DNA of 64,000 bases from an uncultured Bacilli bacterium. Lineage in GTDB: Bacteria; Bacillota_I; Bacilli_A; RF39; UBA660. The translations under genes and the position numbers were made by a program. Of the stretch, positions 31,656 through 41,132 are shown piece after piece. The notes beneath the pieces were generated by a model. That model saw only the letters and a list, made by a program, of their open reading frames with translations, did not search any database and had not been told where the DNA came from. The stretch spans positions 64,978-128,977 of the forward strand of contig CAKOQK010000001.1 of assembly GCA_934101225.1 (NCBI GenBank), read 5' to 3'. The stretch's first letter is position 1. The number at the start of each line of letters is the position of its first letter.

Positions 31656-31954
31656 TTTGTTTTTTTCTTTTCTTCTAACGCATACTTATTTAAAGTTGTT
31701 TCTTTTATTTTTAATAATTTATAATAAAATATAAATACAGCAAGCATAATTATAGCATCAACTATATAATCAATCGTTTTACCATTAAAATAAAATCTAA
31801 AATATATATCTACAATAATTAAAAAGAAACAGCCATAGCTTAAAAATAAATAATAATTTATTTTTTTATATAAAGAACCAAATTTAGAATTTTTTATATT
31901 CTTTCTAAGTACTTTTTTTTCTTCTTTGCTTAATCTATCATAATATATTTTCAT
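31652..31954 (-). CDS. Small two-TM membrane protein, hypothetical
   Basis: 100 aa. Overlaps the recX stop. Confidence 0.4.
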   Translation of the reverse strand: MKIYYDRLSKEEKKVLRKNIKNSKFGSLYKKINYYLFLSYGCFFLIIVDIYFRFYFNGKTIDYIVDAIIMLAVFIFYYKLLKIKETTLNKYALEEKKKTK

Positions 31955-32699
31955 TTAATACGTCTCCTATTTCTTCTTCTCTATAACCTTTTTGATATAA
32001 TTTATTCCTAATAAAATAATATAAATCCTTACCACTATATTTCTTCTGATATTTATTTTTTAGCTTATCAATATCTTTTTTAATAACCAAACAATTATCA
32101 ATTTTAACATCATTTAAATATTCATTAAACATTTCTTTTTTATAACCTAAATTAGTTAAATAATTACTAATATTGATCTTTAAACTATATTCATTATATT
32201 TTTTATTACTCTTAACTTTTTTATCTATAATTTTCTTTATTTTATCATCAAAATCTAAATCTAAATATTTATCTATTTCTTCTTCATTAAAACCAAGATT
32301 AATGAGTTCTCTTTTTATTTTAACTGGACCATTAGATGTAAAATTATATTTATCACTTATATAACTTTTTATATATAAATCTCTATTTAAATAATTATAT
32401 TTATTTAATCTTTCTATCGTTTTATCAATTATATCTAATGAAAAATCTTTCTTTTTTAAATAATCTCTTATTTCTTTTTCACATCTAAGTTTACTATTTA
32501 AATATTTTAAACTTAAATAATAAGCATCTAAACTTTTATTATATTTAATTATCTCTTCATATAATTTATCATTAAAACTTTTATTTACTAATAAATTATA
32601 TTTTAATATAACATCATCATAAAGTTTAACATCTTCTCCACTCTTAAACTTTAACTCATAAACATTACCTTTTAACTTTTTAAACTCTTTGATTTCCAT
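31938..32699 (-). CDS. recX: RecX family regulatory protein
   Basis: Repeated three-helix units (SEKEIRDYLKKK..., IERLNKYNYLNRDLY..., IKRELINLGFNEEEI) as seen in RecX. Confidence 0.7.
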   Translation of the reverse strand: MEIKEFKKLKGNVYELKFKSGEDVKLYDDVILKYNLLVNKSFNDKLYEEIIKYNKSLDAYYLSLKYLNSKLRCEKEIRDYLKKKDFSLDIIDKTIERLNKYNYLNRDLYIKSYISDKYNFTSNGPVKIKRELINLGFNEEEIDKYLDLDFDDKIKKIIDKKVKSNKKYNEYSLKINISNYLTNLGYKKEMFNEYLNDVKIDNCLVIKKDIDKLKNKYQKKYSGKDLYYFIRNKLYQKGYREEEIGDVLNENIL

Positions 32700-32740
32700 A
32701 AACTTATTTTACATAATAATTATTTAAATAGCAATAAAAT

Positions 32741-33478
32741 TTATTTACAATATTTTCTTACAAAATCGTTTAAACATATAACAAATACAATTCCGGCAAT
32801 CGAATAAATAAATAATTCATTTATAAAGTTATTTATTCCAAAAATAAGAAATTCACTAAAATATTTATTACCATAAGTAAAGTTATTTATAATACCACTT
32901 AAATTTATAAATAATTTAGGCAAACCGATAAATATAGAACTTGATAGCAATATAACTTTAATGTAGGAAAAATTTTTACTTAAAAAATAATTAATTATTA
33001 TTAAAATCATTTGAATAATTATAAATACAATTATTATATATATACAATCAAATATACCTAAATAAAACTTATTTAAAGTATGATATTCATCTATCATAAA
33101 TATATTCTTATTAATTAAATCATTAATTTCTTTACTATATTTGTAAATTACTTTTTCATCTTTACTATATTTACTAACTATTTCTTTTATTTCATAATAA
33201 TGATCTATGTTATTACCTCTTACTATTAAATTAATATCTTTTTTACTATTATCAAAAGTATAATAATTAATTATTTCATCTTTTAATTCATTATTAACTA
33301 TAACATAATCAAATTCCTGTAATATATTTGAATAAGCTTTTTGATAATAATTTATTTTTTCAAGATTAGTAATAATATTATTAGGTCTTATTTCTATTTC
33401 AAATTCAATAAAGAAAATAAATAAAACAGTTAAAACAAACATTATAAAGGTATTAAAATGAATTAATATTTTTTTCAT
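32741..33478 (-). CDS. Polytopic membrane protein, hypothetical
   Basis: ATG 33478 overlaps the TGA of the upstream sortase-domain gene (ATGA). No family recognised. Confidence 0.45.
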   Translation of the reverse strand: MKKILIHFNTFIMFVLTVLFIFFIEFEIEIRPNNIITNLEKINYYQKAYSNILQEFDYVIVNNELKDEIINYYTFDNSKKDINLIVRGNNIDHYYEIKEIVSKYSKDEKVIYKYSKEINDLINKNIFMIDEYHTLNKFYLGIFDCIYIIIVFIIIQMILIIINYFLSKNFSYIKVILLSSSIFIGLPKLFINLSGIINNFTYGNKYFSEFLIFGINNFINELFIYSIAGIVFVICLNDFVRKYCK

Positions 33479-34686
33479 TTGGATTCTCCCAACCATTTTG
33501 ATTTGGTTAAACTAGCATACACAATTAATCTTTTACTTCCATATAAATCATCATTAGGATAACATGTATAAAGTATTAAATCATAATCTTTTTCTAAAGA
33601 ACTAGAATCATTTTCACTAACAATTTTAGTTGCTTTAACTTTATAATCAAAATTAGCATAATTTGTTTGGATATTAATTTTATTGCCAATTTTTAATTTA
33701 GACAAGTTTCTAAATACTCCAGTATTATGTCCTGATAAAACAACCTTTTTATTATCTCCTGGAATAGCATACATACTTGATGTACCAATACCTTGTTTTA
33801 AGATACTAGCGCTATCACCAAAATATATTGACTCCACTTGATCATTTATTTTAATAGTCCCATAGTTTGTTCCATAGGAAGGATAAGAAATTATTTTATT
33901 ATTACTAATAACCGCCTGTTTGGAAGTACTTTTTTCTTGAACATTCATAAGGGAAATTACATCTAAACCAATACTTATTTTATCTTTAAAACCAAATATA
34001 ATAATAAGTAGAAAAATATTACAATATATTAAACTAGTTACTAATAAAGATTTTCTTCTAATTATTTTAAGTATGATTAACGCTATTAAAGTTACACTTA
34101 ATCCAACAATTAATATTTTAACTATTTTATTAATTCCAACATAATTTAGTTTATTATTTATTTTAATAATATCCTTTAATGTACCATTATCATATATTTT
34201 TATCTCATCATTATTTTTATCAATAACTATATTAGTATCTTCTTTTACGGTAGTTTTAGTTTCTTCATTTTCTTTATTTTCTTTATTTTCTTTATTTTCT
34301 ACATTTTCCTTATTTTCATTTTCTGCCGTTATCTTTGGTGATTTAAGAATTATATTATTAGTTTCATTATATAAATTATACAAAGTACTTTTTACATTAT
34401 CAGGTATTTTATCTTTATCTTCTGTACTACAAACTTCATTACTATTTAAAATATTTATAACTTTATTTATATTATTATAAATTGTAGTTAAATCTTCTTC
34501 ATTAATATTTCTTTCATTAAGCATTCTAATATATGAATTTTTAAATCCTTTTAATAAAGAATTAGTTTTATCTGAACAAATATTTATATTTTCTGTTAGA
34601 GATATTATATCTTCTTTATTAATAGCGTATGTATTAACACTAATTATTAGTATGAAAAAAAGAATTGCTTTTTTAAAATATTTCAT
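33475..34686 (-). CDS. Sortase-domain protein with long N-terminal extension
   Basis: C-terminal ~170 aa carry VVLSGHNTG (His), LILYTCYP (TLxTC Cys) and KRLIVYA (Arg). They are preceded by a signal peptide, a ~190 aa helical region with NKENKENKE repeats, and a TM helix. Confidence 0.65.
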   Translation of the reverse strand: MKYFKKAILFFILIISVNTYAINKEDIISLTENINICSDKTNSLLKGFKNSYIRMLNERNINEEDLTTIYNNINKVINILNSNEVCSTEDKDKIPDNVKSTLYNLYNETNNIILKSPKITAENENKENVENKENKENKENEETKTTVKEDTNIVIDKNNDEIKIYDNGTLKDIIKINNKLNYVGINKIVKILIVGLSVTLIALIILKIIRRKSLLVTSLIYCNIFLLIIIFGFKDKISIGLDVISLMNVQEKSTSKQAVISNNKIISYPSYGTNYGTIKINDQVESIYFGDSASILKQGIGTSSMYAIPGDNKKVVLSGHNTGVFRNLSKLKIGNKINIQTNYANFDYKVKATKIVSENDSSSLEKDYDLILYTCYPNDDLYGSKRLIVYASLTKSKWLGESK

Positions 34687-35426
34687 TTAATCCTCTCTTT
34701 CTTAAATAAAGTATTTGTATTTAGTATTTTATATGCACTTATATCTTTATTATTTATTATTTTGTCAAAATTTTCAAATAATAATTCATCTTTCATCTTA
34801 CTACTTACAAATTTATCTAATGTATTATAACATAATTCTAAATTAATACAATCATGATGAGTATCAGTTCCAAGTATATGTATCATATGTTTTTTTAAAA
34901 ATAGTTCCAAATTATGTTTAGCTCCTTTACCATATTTCCCTGATAATGAAGAAATATTTCCTTGAAGTAAACATCCTAAATTAATCATTTTTTCTAAATC
35001 TTCTAAATTTATGTAATGATATCTTTCTGGATGGGCTATAATTGGAACTATACCATTATTTCTAAGATTAAATAATATATCAAAAGCAATTTCTAATTTT
35101 TCTCTTAATGGTAATTCAATTAATAAATATTTAGTATTATTAATAGTGCTTATTTCATCATTTTCTATATATTCTAATATATTATTATCAATAAATACTT
35201 CATTGCCTAGATATAATTTTATTTTTGTTAATTTTTGCAATTCTTTTAATTTTTCTTTTTTTATTTTATTATTACAATTATAATTTGTCCCTATAATATA
35301 ATGAGGAGTTAAGACAATTTCTGTAACTCCTCTATCACTCATTTCATTTAATAATTTAATGCTTTCATCAATTGACTTTGAACCATCATCAATTCCAAAT
35401 ATTAAATGATTATGTATGTCTTTCAT
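34683..35426 (-). CDS. cpsB: PHP-family capsular tyrosine-protein phosphatase (CpsB/YwqE type)
   Basis: MKDIHNHLIFGIDDGS..., TPH, AHPERY, GTDTHH metal-binding motifs. Confidence 0.85.
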   Translation of the reverse strand: MKDIHNHLIFGIDDGSKSIDESIKLLNEMSDRGVTEIVLTPHYIIGTNYNCNNKIKKEKLKELQKLTKIKLYLGNEVFIDNNILEYIENDEISTINNTKYLLIELPLREKLEIAFDILFNLRNNGIVPIIAHPERYHYINLEDLEKMINLGCLLQGNISSLSGKYGKGAKHNLELFLKKHMIHILGTDTHHDCINLELCYNTLDKFVSSKMKDELLFENFDKIINNKDISAYKILNTNTLFKKERIK

Positions 35427-36091
35427 TAATTATAATACTTACCATAATAATAATGGTCTTTTTTATTTTCAAGTTTATTAACTATTATCCCTGCAATTTT
35501 AGCACCACTATTTTCTAAAGCTTTTTTACTTTGTTCTAATAAATCAATAGGAGTTATTTTATAAGCACTTACTAGTACTACTTCATCTGCATATTTTGTT
35601 AAAACTAAAGCATCTGTAACCGCATTTATAGGTGGACAATCAATTATAATTAGGTCATATTTTTCTTTTAATAATTCTAATAATTCTTTTGTTTTTTCTG
35701 ATCCTAGTAACTCACTCGGATTAGGTGGAACTATTCCACCTGGAATAACGTCTAAATTTTTAATTTCAGTTTTACAAACATATTTGCTATATTTTTTTAC
35801 ATCTTCTAATAATAGAGATGATAAGCCTTTATCTTTATCTAAATTAAATATTTTATGTTGTCTTCCCTTACGCATATCAGCATCTATTAATATTGTTTTA
35901 CAATCTATCATGCTAAATGATGCGGCCAAATTAGCAGAAATAAAGCTTTTTCCTTCACCAGGCATTGAACTTGTAATTAGAATAACATTCTTTTCATTAC
36001 CAACAAAAGTAAATTCTAGGTTTGTTCTAAGTGTTCTAATTGCTTCACTAACATGACTTTTAGGTCTATTATAAACTAGTAATTCATTCAT
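35426..36091 (-). CDS. cpsD: BY-kinase catalytic subunit (CpsD/CapB/YwqD type)
   Basis: Walker A SSMPGEGKS, Walker A' ILIDADMRK, Walker B IIIDCPP, and a C-terminal Tyr cluster HYYYGKYY. ATG 36091 follows GGAGG. Confidence 0.85.
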   Translation of the reverse strand: MNELLVYNRPKSHVSEAIRTLRTNLEFTFVGNEKNVILITSSMPGEGKSFISANLAASFSMIDCKTILIDADMRKGRQHKIFNLDKDKGLSSLLLEDVKKYSKYVCKTEIKNLDVIPGGIVPPNPSELLGSEKTKELLELLKEKYDLIIIDCPPINAVTDALVLTKYADEVVLVSAYKITPIDLLEQSKKALENSGAKIAGIIVNKLENKKDHYYYGKYYN

Positions 36092-36752
36092 GCTTTCTAC
36101 CTCCAACTGGAATTGCACCAATAACTGGCATATTTAATTTTCTTTCAACTTCTTCAACAGTTTTAATTGTTGTATCAAAATAGAACATAACAAATACGAC
36201 TGCTAAACTTAAAAATAACCCAGTTAAAACATAAATAGCCATACTCTTTAAAATATTTATATTATATGGAACTAATGATTCCTCAGCATAATCTACAACT
36301 CCAATATTTTGAATATTATAAAGTTTAATTATTTCTGCATTAAATACTTTAGCTGTCTCATTAGCTATATTTTTGGCTAAATTACTATCTTTATCATCAA
36401 CTGTAATTTTAATTATCTCAGTATCATTAACATTAGTTACTGATATATTTTTTTGTAATTCTTCAATAGTATAATCTAAATTTAAATTTTCAATTACCTT
36501 TCCTACTACTTTTCTACTCTTAATTATTTCAGCATAAGTATCAATTAAGTTTTTATTTAACATAACATCTGTACTTGTTATAGTACTATTTTCAGTAGTT
36601 AATAAAATAGTAGTATAACTCTTATATTTAGGTGTTTTAATAAATGCATCATAACTAAAACCAATTATTAAAACAACAAATACAATAGATAACATTAAAA
36701 ATATTTTACTTACAAAATAACTAAATAATTCTTTTAAATCTATTTCTTCCAT
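36084..36752 (-). CDS. cpsC: Wzz/CpsC-type chain-length determinant (BY-kinase transmembrane modulator)
   Basis: Two TM helices flank an extracellular Wzz-like domain. Overlaps cpsD. Confidence 0.8.
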   Translation of the reverse strand: MEEIDLKELFSYFVSKIFLMLSIVFVVLIIGFSYDAFIKTPKYKSYTTILLTTENSTITSTDVMLNKNLIDTYAEIIKSRKVVGKVIENLNLDYTIEELQKNISVTNVNDTEIIKITVDDKDSNLAKNIANETAKVFNAEIIKLYNIQNIGVVDYAEESLVPYNINILKSMAIYVLTGLFLSLAVVFVMFYFDTTIKTVEEVERKLNMPVIGAIPVGGRKHE

Positions 36753-36818
36753 CTCTTTTACTCCTCAAAAATATTATATATGAAGTTCATTTATATTTCA
36801 ATTGGTAAAAATATATTT

Positions 36819-37952
36819 TCATCTACTTTTCTTATTGTTTTTATAATAATTATTTTTATCTTCATACATTTCTTTATCCATTTTAGTTATAAACTCTTCA
36901 ATTGTTTCTTCATTATATTTAGATACGCCAAATGATAGTGATAATTTAAAAGGTTCATTAGTTATTTTATTAAATAGTTTAATATTTGTTTTAATATTAT
37001 CTATAATTGTATTTACTTTATTCTTATTTCCATTAATAATTACTATAAATTCATCACCAGCATACCTAATAGCAACAGAATTATTCAAAATAGATGATGA
37101 CAAGATGTTTCCAATATTATAAATTGCGTGATCACCTATAGTATGACCATACGTATCATTAATCTTTTTAAAATCATTAGCATCCATTAATATCCCATAA
37201 TATTCTTTTCGACTGTTTTTTAAATTTTTATCTATATAATAATTTAAATATTTTTTATTAAATAATCCTGATGATTCATCTACATATGCATTAAATTTTT
37301 GAATTTGAAAACTAATAAAAACATAAGCAATTGAAACGCTTAACCAACCTGTTGCTAAACCATAACATAATCCTTGAATTATTGTTCCTATCATACAAGG
37401 AATTACAAAAGAAAATATTGGAAAAAATTTGACCACTACTCCATTTTTCATTGCTTTATAAAGAGTATAAACACTATAAAAATAATAAAAGAAAACTAAT
37501 ACATACACATAATTATTAAGTAGTCCTCTAGAATATATATTATTATTTATATTAAATATAAAACCTTTAACAAATAAATTTATTATTAAACAAATTAAAA
37601 AAAGAAAATAAGGAATACTTAAATAAAAGAATTTTTTCTTAAATCTCTTAATATTACAATATAATTTATAGTCAACAAATAAACACCATAATAACGCGAC
37701 TAATACGGTTAATGCAAAACAAAATGTATTTAAAATATAAAGTATGTAATAATTTCCAAAAAAGATTTTACAATCTAAAATAAAAGAAATAGTTTCAAAT
37801 ATATTTGCAAATAAGGATACAATTAACATTATTTGAAAAACTCTTTCATCAGTATGCTTTGATTTATTATTTTGTAGATTAAAAATAAACATTGCAACCA
37901 TTAATACAGTTGAACATACAAACGCAACTAATATTTCTGAAATATTAATCAT
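36819..37952 (-). CDS. Membrane-bound diguanylate cyclase (GGDEF domain, AGDEF variant)
   Basis: ~7 TM helices followed by GLFNKKYL...DANDFKKINDTYGH..GD...RYAGDEFIVI. Confidence 0.8.
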   Translation of the reverse strand: MINISEILVAFVCSTVLMVAMFIFNLQNNKSKHTDERVFQIMLIVSLFANIFETISFILDCKIFFGNYYILYILNTFCFALTVLVALLWCLFVDYKLYCNIKRFKKKFFYLSIPYFLFLICLIINLFVKGFIFNINNNIYSRGLLNNYVYVLVFFYYFYSVYTLYKAMKNGVVVKFFPIFSFVIPCMIGTIIQGLCYGLATGWLSVSIAYVFISFQIQKFNAYVDESSGLFNKKYLNYYIDKNLKNSRKEYYGILMDANDFKKINDTYGHTIGDHAIYNIGNILSSSILNNSVAIRYAGDEFIVIINGNKNKVNTIIDNIKTNIKLFNKITNEPFKLSLSFGVSKYNEETIEEFITKMDKEMYEDKNNYYKNNKKSR

Positions 37953-38033
37953 AAAAAGTGCCTCCTATAACTTAACGACCTAAAAAGTATAGCATATATA
38001 ATTTTTATTTTCTATAAATATAAATTATACACT

Positions 38034-38495
38034 TTAAATTTTATTAACTTTTTTCTTTTTAATAACTAATATTTTATATAAATAAGTTCCTAATAATATC
38101 CCAATAGTATCTATAAGAACATCTCTAAAACTACCACTTCTACCATTTATAAACAATTGATGAAATTCATCTGTACATGAATATAAAACACATAAAATAA
38201 TGGCATAATAAATATTTAAAATATTAAACTGTTTTAAAGCATTAAACATTAATAGACCTAATATAAGGTATTCTGTAATATGAGCTATTTTTCTAACATA
38301 AAATGATGAATTTTTAACTATTATTTCTTTTTCATTATTAGGAGTTTCATTATTTGTTATTTTATCTTTTATTTCTATCATTGTAGTTATTACTTTATCA
38401 CTTGTACCAGTTGATTTATTTGCATCTGCACTTGAAAAAGAAAATATTATTATCATCCATAAAATTAATAATACTATACTAATTGTTTTCTTCAT
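38034..38495 (-). CDS. VanZ family membrane protein
   Basis: RKIAHITEYLILGLL and DEFHQLFINGRSGSFRDVLIDTIG. Confidence 0.8.
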   Translation of the reverse strand: MKKTISIVLLILWMIIIFSFSSADANKSTGTSDKVITTMIEIKDKITNNETPNNEKEIIVKNSSFYVRKIAHITEYLILGLLMFNALKQFNILNIYYAIILCVLYSCTDEFHQLFINGRSGSFRDVLIDTIGILLGTYLYKILVIKKKKVNKI

Positions 38496-38583
38496 TATAT
38501 TACTTCCCTTTAAATAACAATATTATAGCAAATTATTATAATATAGATAGTTATTATTACTTTAAAAGTGTTAAGTTTACAGT

Positions 38584-38612
38584 AAAAAAGATAGAATAAT
38601 TAATATCCTATC
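38584..38612 (-). terminator. Possible terminator after the ugd remnant
   Basis: On the minus strand GATAGGA...TTCTATC forms a stem with one G-U pair, followed by TTTTTT. Confidence 0.35.
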
Positions 38613-38885
38613 CTAATCTCTTGCAAATATATCTCTTGTATATATTTTATTATCTACATCTTTTATATTATCATCAATTCTATTAACAATGATTACGTCA
38701 GATAATTTTTTAAATTCATTTAAATTATTTACTACTTTACTATTAAAGAAATTATCTTCTTTTAATGTAGGTTCATAAACAATGACTTCGATTCCTTTAC
38801 CTTTAATTCTTTTCATTACATCCTAAATAGCACTTGCTCTAAAGTTATCAGAGCCAGATTTCATTGTTAATCTTATTATATTTTT
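38613..38885 (-). pseudogene. ugd: UDP-glucose 6-dehydrogenase C-terminal remnant with in-frame TAG
   Basis: My translation is [40 protein letters not shown]...[10 protein letters not shown], co-linear with the Ugd C-terminus ([33 protein letters not shown]). The stop is at 38823-38825, and the ~300 aa N-terminal part is absent. Confidence 0.75.
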
Positions 38886-39048
38886 CATATGTAGGAGAAT
38901 TTTCTCCAAGCACTATATTAATAGCTTTAATAATATTACTCTTGCCTGAATTATTTTTACCTACAATAATATTCTTACTAGGATTAAAATTAATGGTTAA
39001 ATCTTTTATAGAACGATAATTTTTTATTTTTACTTTACTTATATACAT
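38848..39048 (-). pseudogene. N-terminal 60-aa fragment of an OLD/AAA_15/21-type ATPase
   Basis: MYISKVKIKNYRSIKDLTINF...IVGKNNSGKSNIIKAINIVLGE is the typical N-terminus and P-loop of OLD-family/RecF-like defence ATPases. The reading frame then runs into the ugd remnant. Confidence 0.6.
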
Positions 39049-39138
39049 AAAACATACATCCTTTTATACATATACTACTATAAAACAGGTTAAATAAAAT
39101 GTAAAAAAAGATAGAAATCAATCCACCTTAAAACATAA

Positions 39139-39594
39139 TAAATTAAAAATTTCCTATTACTTCAATAATAATATTTGAATCTTCATTAAATGACTTTAAA
39201 TATTTCTTATCTAGTATTGAATTAGCAATGCAGCCTATTTCAACTATAAAATAATCAATCAGTTTGACAATATTCTTTAATTCATTATGCAAATTATATA
39301 CTGAAGAATTATTTAGATAATTTTCATCTTAGTAACTTTTATACTTTGTGTGGCAATATTTACTTGATTACATATATTAAATATATTTCTTTTTCCATTA
39401 AGATAAAGATTCTTTTTATTAAATATAAAAAGTGTATTATCAAAGTTCAAATATAAATTAGCAGAATTACAAATAATATTTTTTAATGTAGTTTTATAAG
39501 CTAATAAAGAAGGTAATTCAACAATAGCTGACACTATACTACTAGACATTAATTCTATCATATTTAAAAAGTGAAAATTTAAGTTAAATATCAA
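39139..39594 (-). pseudogene. Frameshifted ORF of unknown family
   Basis: The track ORF 39313-39594 ends in KMKII*. In the adjacent frame the sequence continues as ENYLNNSSVYNLHNELKNIVKLIDYFIVEIGCIANSILDKKYLKSFNEDSNIIIEVIGNF*. No family recognised. Confidence 0.3.
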
Positions 39595-39670
39595 CAGTAT
39601 TAATATAGAAATTAAAGATATAACAAAAGTACTAAAAAGATTATTCTATGATTTTTCATTTTATCACCTA

Positions 39671-41113
39671 TTATTTTTTTATTATTTTGTTTTTTAAAAT
39701 TGTAATTCCTTCAATAATCATTTTATCGTTCATCATTAATAACACTACAAAATAAATTATTGAAGATACAATGATTTGTACTAATATCGAAAAAGCATTA
39801 TTACTTATGAAATTGCCAATTAAAATACTACAAACAAACATAATTATAGCTGCAACTATATATTTGTATATCATTGAAAATATTTCTTTGAATTTTATTT
39901 CATTCCTTATTAATAAAAATTGGGTTAAAGTTACACAAAATTCTGCTATTACCGTTGCTATTGAAGCACCTATAGACGCATATTTTTTAATTAATACAAT
40001 ATTTAATACAAAATTAACTATTGCACCGATTATTACAGAAGTTGTATATTTATTTTGCTGTTTGGTTGGCAACAAATATTGAGTTCCAGTAACATTACTT
40101 AAACCTATAAAAACAATTATTGGACTAACAACACACATAAGAGGAGCAACTTTATCATATCCACTACCATAAAAAATTGGAACAAATTTATATGCAATAC
40201 TAATTGTACCAAACATAAGCGGAAAAGCTAATAATGAAATAAAAGAAAATGAATTATTCATATATTCTCTAATTTTTTCTTTATCACCTTTTGAATAAGT
40301 TGCAGCAATTCTAGGCATCATGACTACCCCTAAAGATGTAGCAATAGTCATTAGCAATTTAATTATTTTTTGTGCTTGTTCATAATAACCAACTTCTGAT
40401 TTATCATAAATCATTGTTCCTAGCATTGTTTTATCTAATACGGTATAAATTTGGGTTGCTATTTGAGGTATAAAAAGCATTATCGTAGGTTTTAAGTGTC
40501 TATTAATTCTTAATTCTTTTAATTTTATTTTATCAGTATATTTAGGAATATATATCCATAAAGAAAGATTACCTAACAAATTAGATAATACATAAATTAT
40601 ATAATATTTATTTAAATCAGAAGAATTTTTTACAAACACAAATATGCATATAACACTTATTAATTTAACAAGCATATTTCTCATAACAGTCTTCTTAAAT
40701 TCCTCTAATCCTTGAAAATACCAACTAATATCAAATATTGTAGCAATTATTTCAAAAACTAAAATTTTATAATATATACTATACTCCCCATGTAAACAAA
40801 AAGATATATAAAATATAAATAAAGATACTGCTAATGCCAATAACCTCATAATAAATATTTCATAAAAGGCTCTGCTTCTCTTTCTTATATCATCTTGAAC
40901 ATAAGCTATTTCTCTTTGACCATACATCGCAACACCTAGTGAGCCAAAAAGAATAAAGTATGTTGTAATAGATAAAGTATAACTATAAATACCTATATTT
41001 TCTGCTCCCAATACTCTTGATAAATAAGGCGTTGTAATCAATGGAATTATCATAACCAAAATTTGGTATAACAAATTATATATATAATTTTTCTTTACAC
41101 TTTTTTTGCCCAT
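39671..41113 (-). CDS. wzx: Wzx-type polysaccharide flippase (MOP superfamily)
   Basis: 480 aa, ~12-14 TM helices, with N-terminal NYIYNLLYQILVMIIPLITTPYLSRVLGAENIG typical of polysaccharide flippases. Confidence 0.8.
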   Translation of the reverse strand: MGKKSVKKNYIYNLLYQILVMIIPLITTPYLSRVLGAENIGIYSYTLSITTYFILFGSLGVAMYGQREIAYVQDDIRKRSRAFYEIFIMRLLALAVSLFIFYISFCLHGEYSIYYKILVFEIIATIFDISWYFQGLEEFKKTVMRNMLVKLISVICIFVFVKNSSDLNKYYIIYVLSNLLGNLSLWIYIPKYTDKIKLKELRINRHLKPTIMLFIPQIATQIYTVLDKTMLGTMIYDKSEVGYYEQAQKIIKLLMTIATSLGVVMMPRIAATYSKGDKEKIREYMNNSFSFISLLAFPLMFGTISIAYKFVPIFYGSGYDKVAPLMCVVSPIIVFIGLSNVTGTQYLLPTKQQNKYTTSVIIGAIVNFVLNIVLIKKYASIGASIATVIAEFCVTLTQFLLIRNEIKFKEIFSMIYKYIVAAIIMFVCSILIGNFISNNAFSILVQIIVSSIIYFVVLLMMNDKMIIEGITILKNKIIKK

Positions 41114-41132
41114 CTTTTATAAGAACTCCTTT

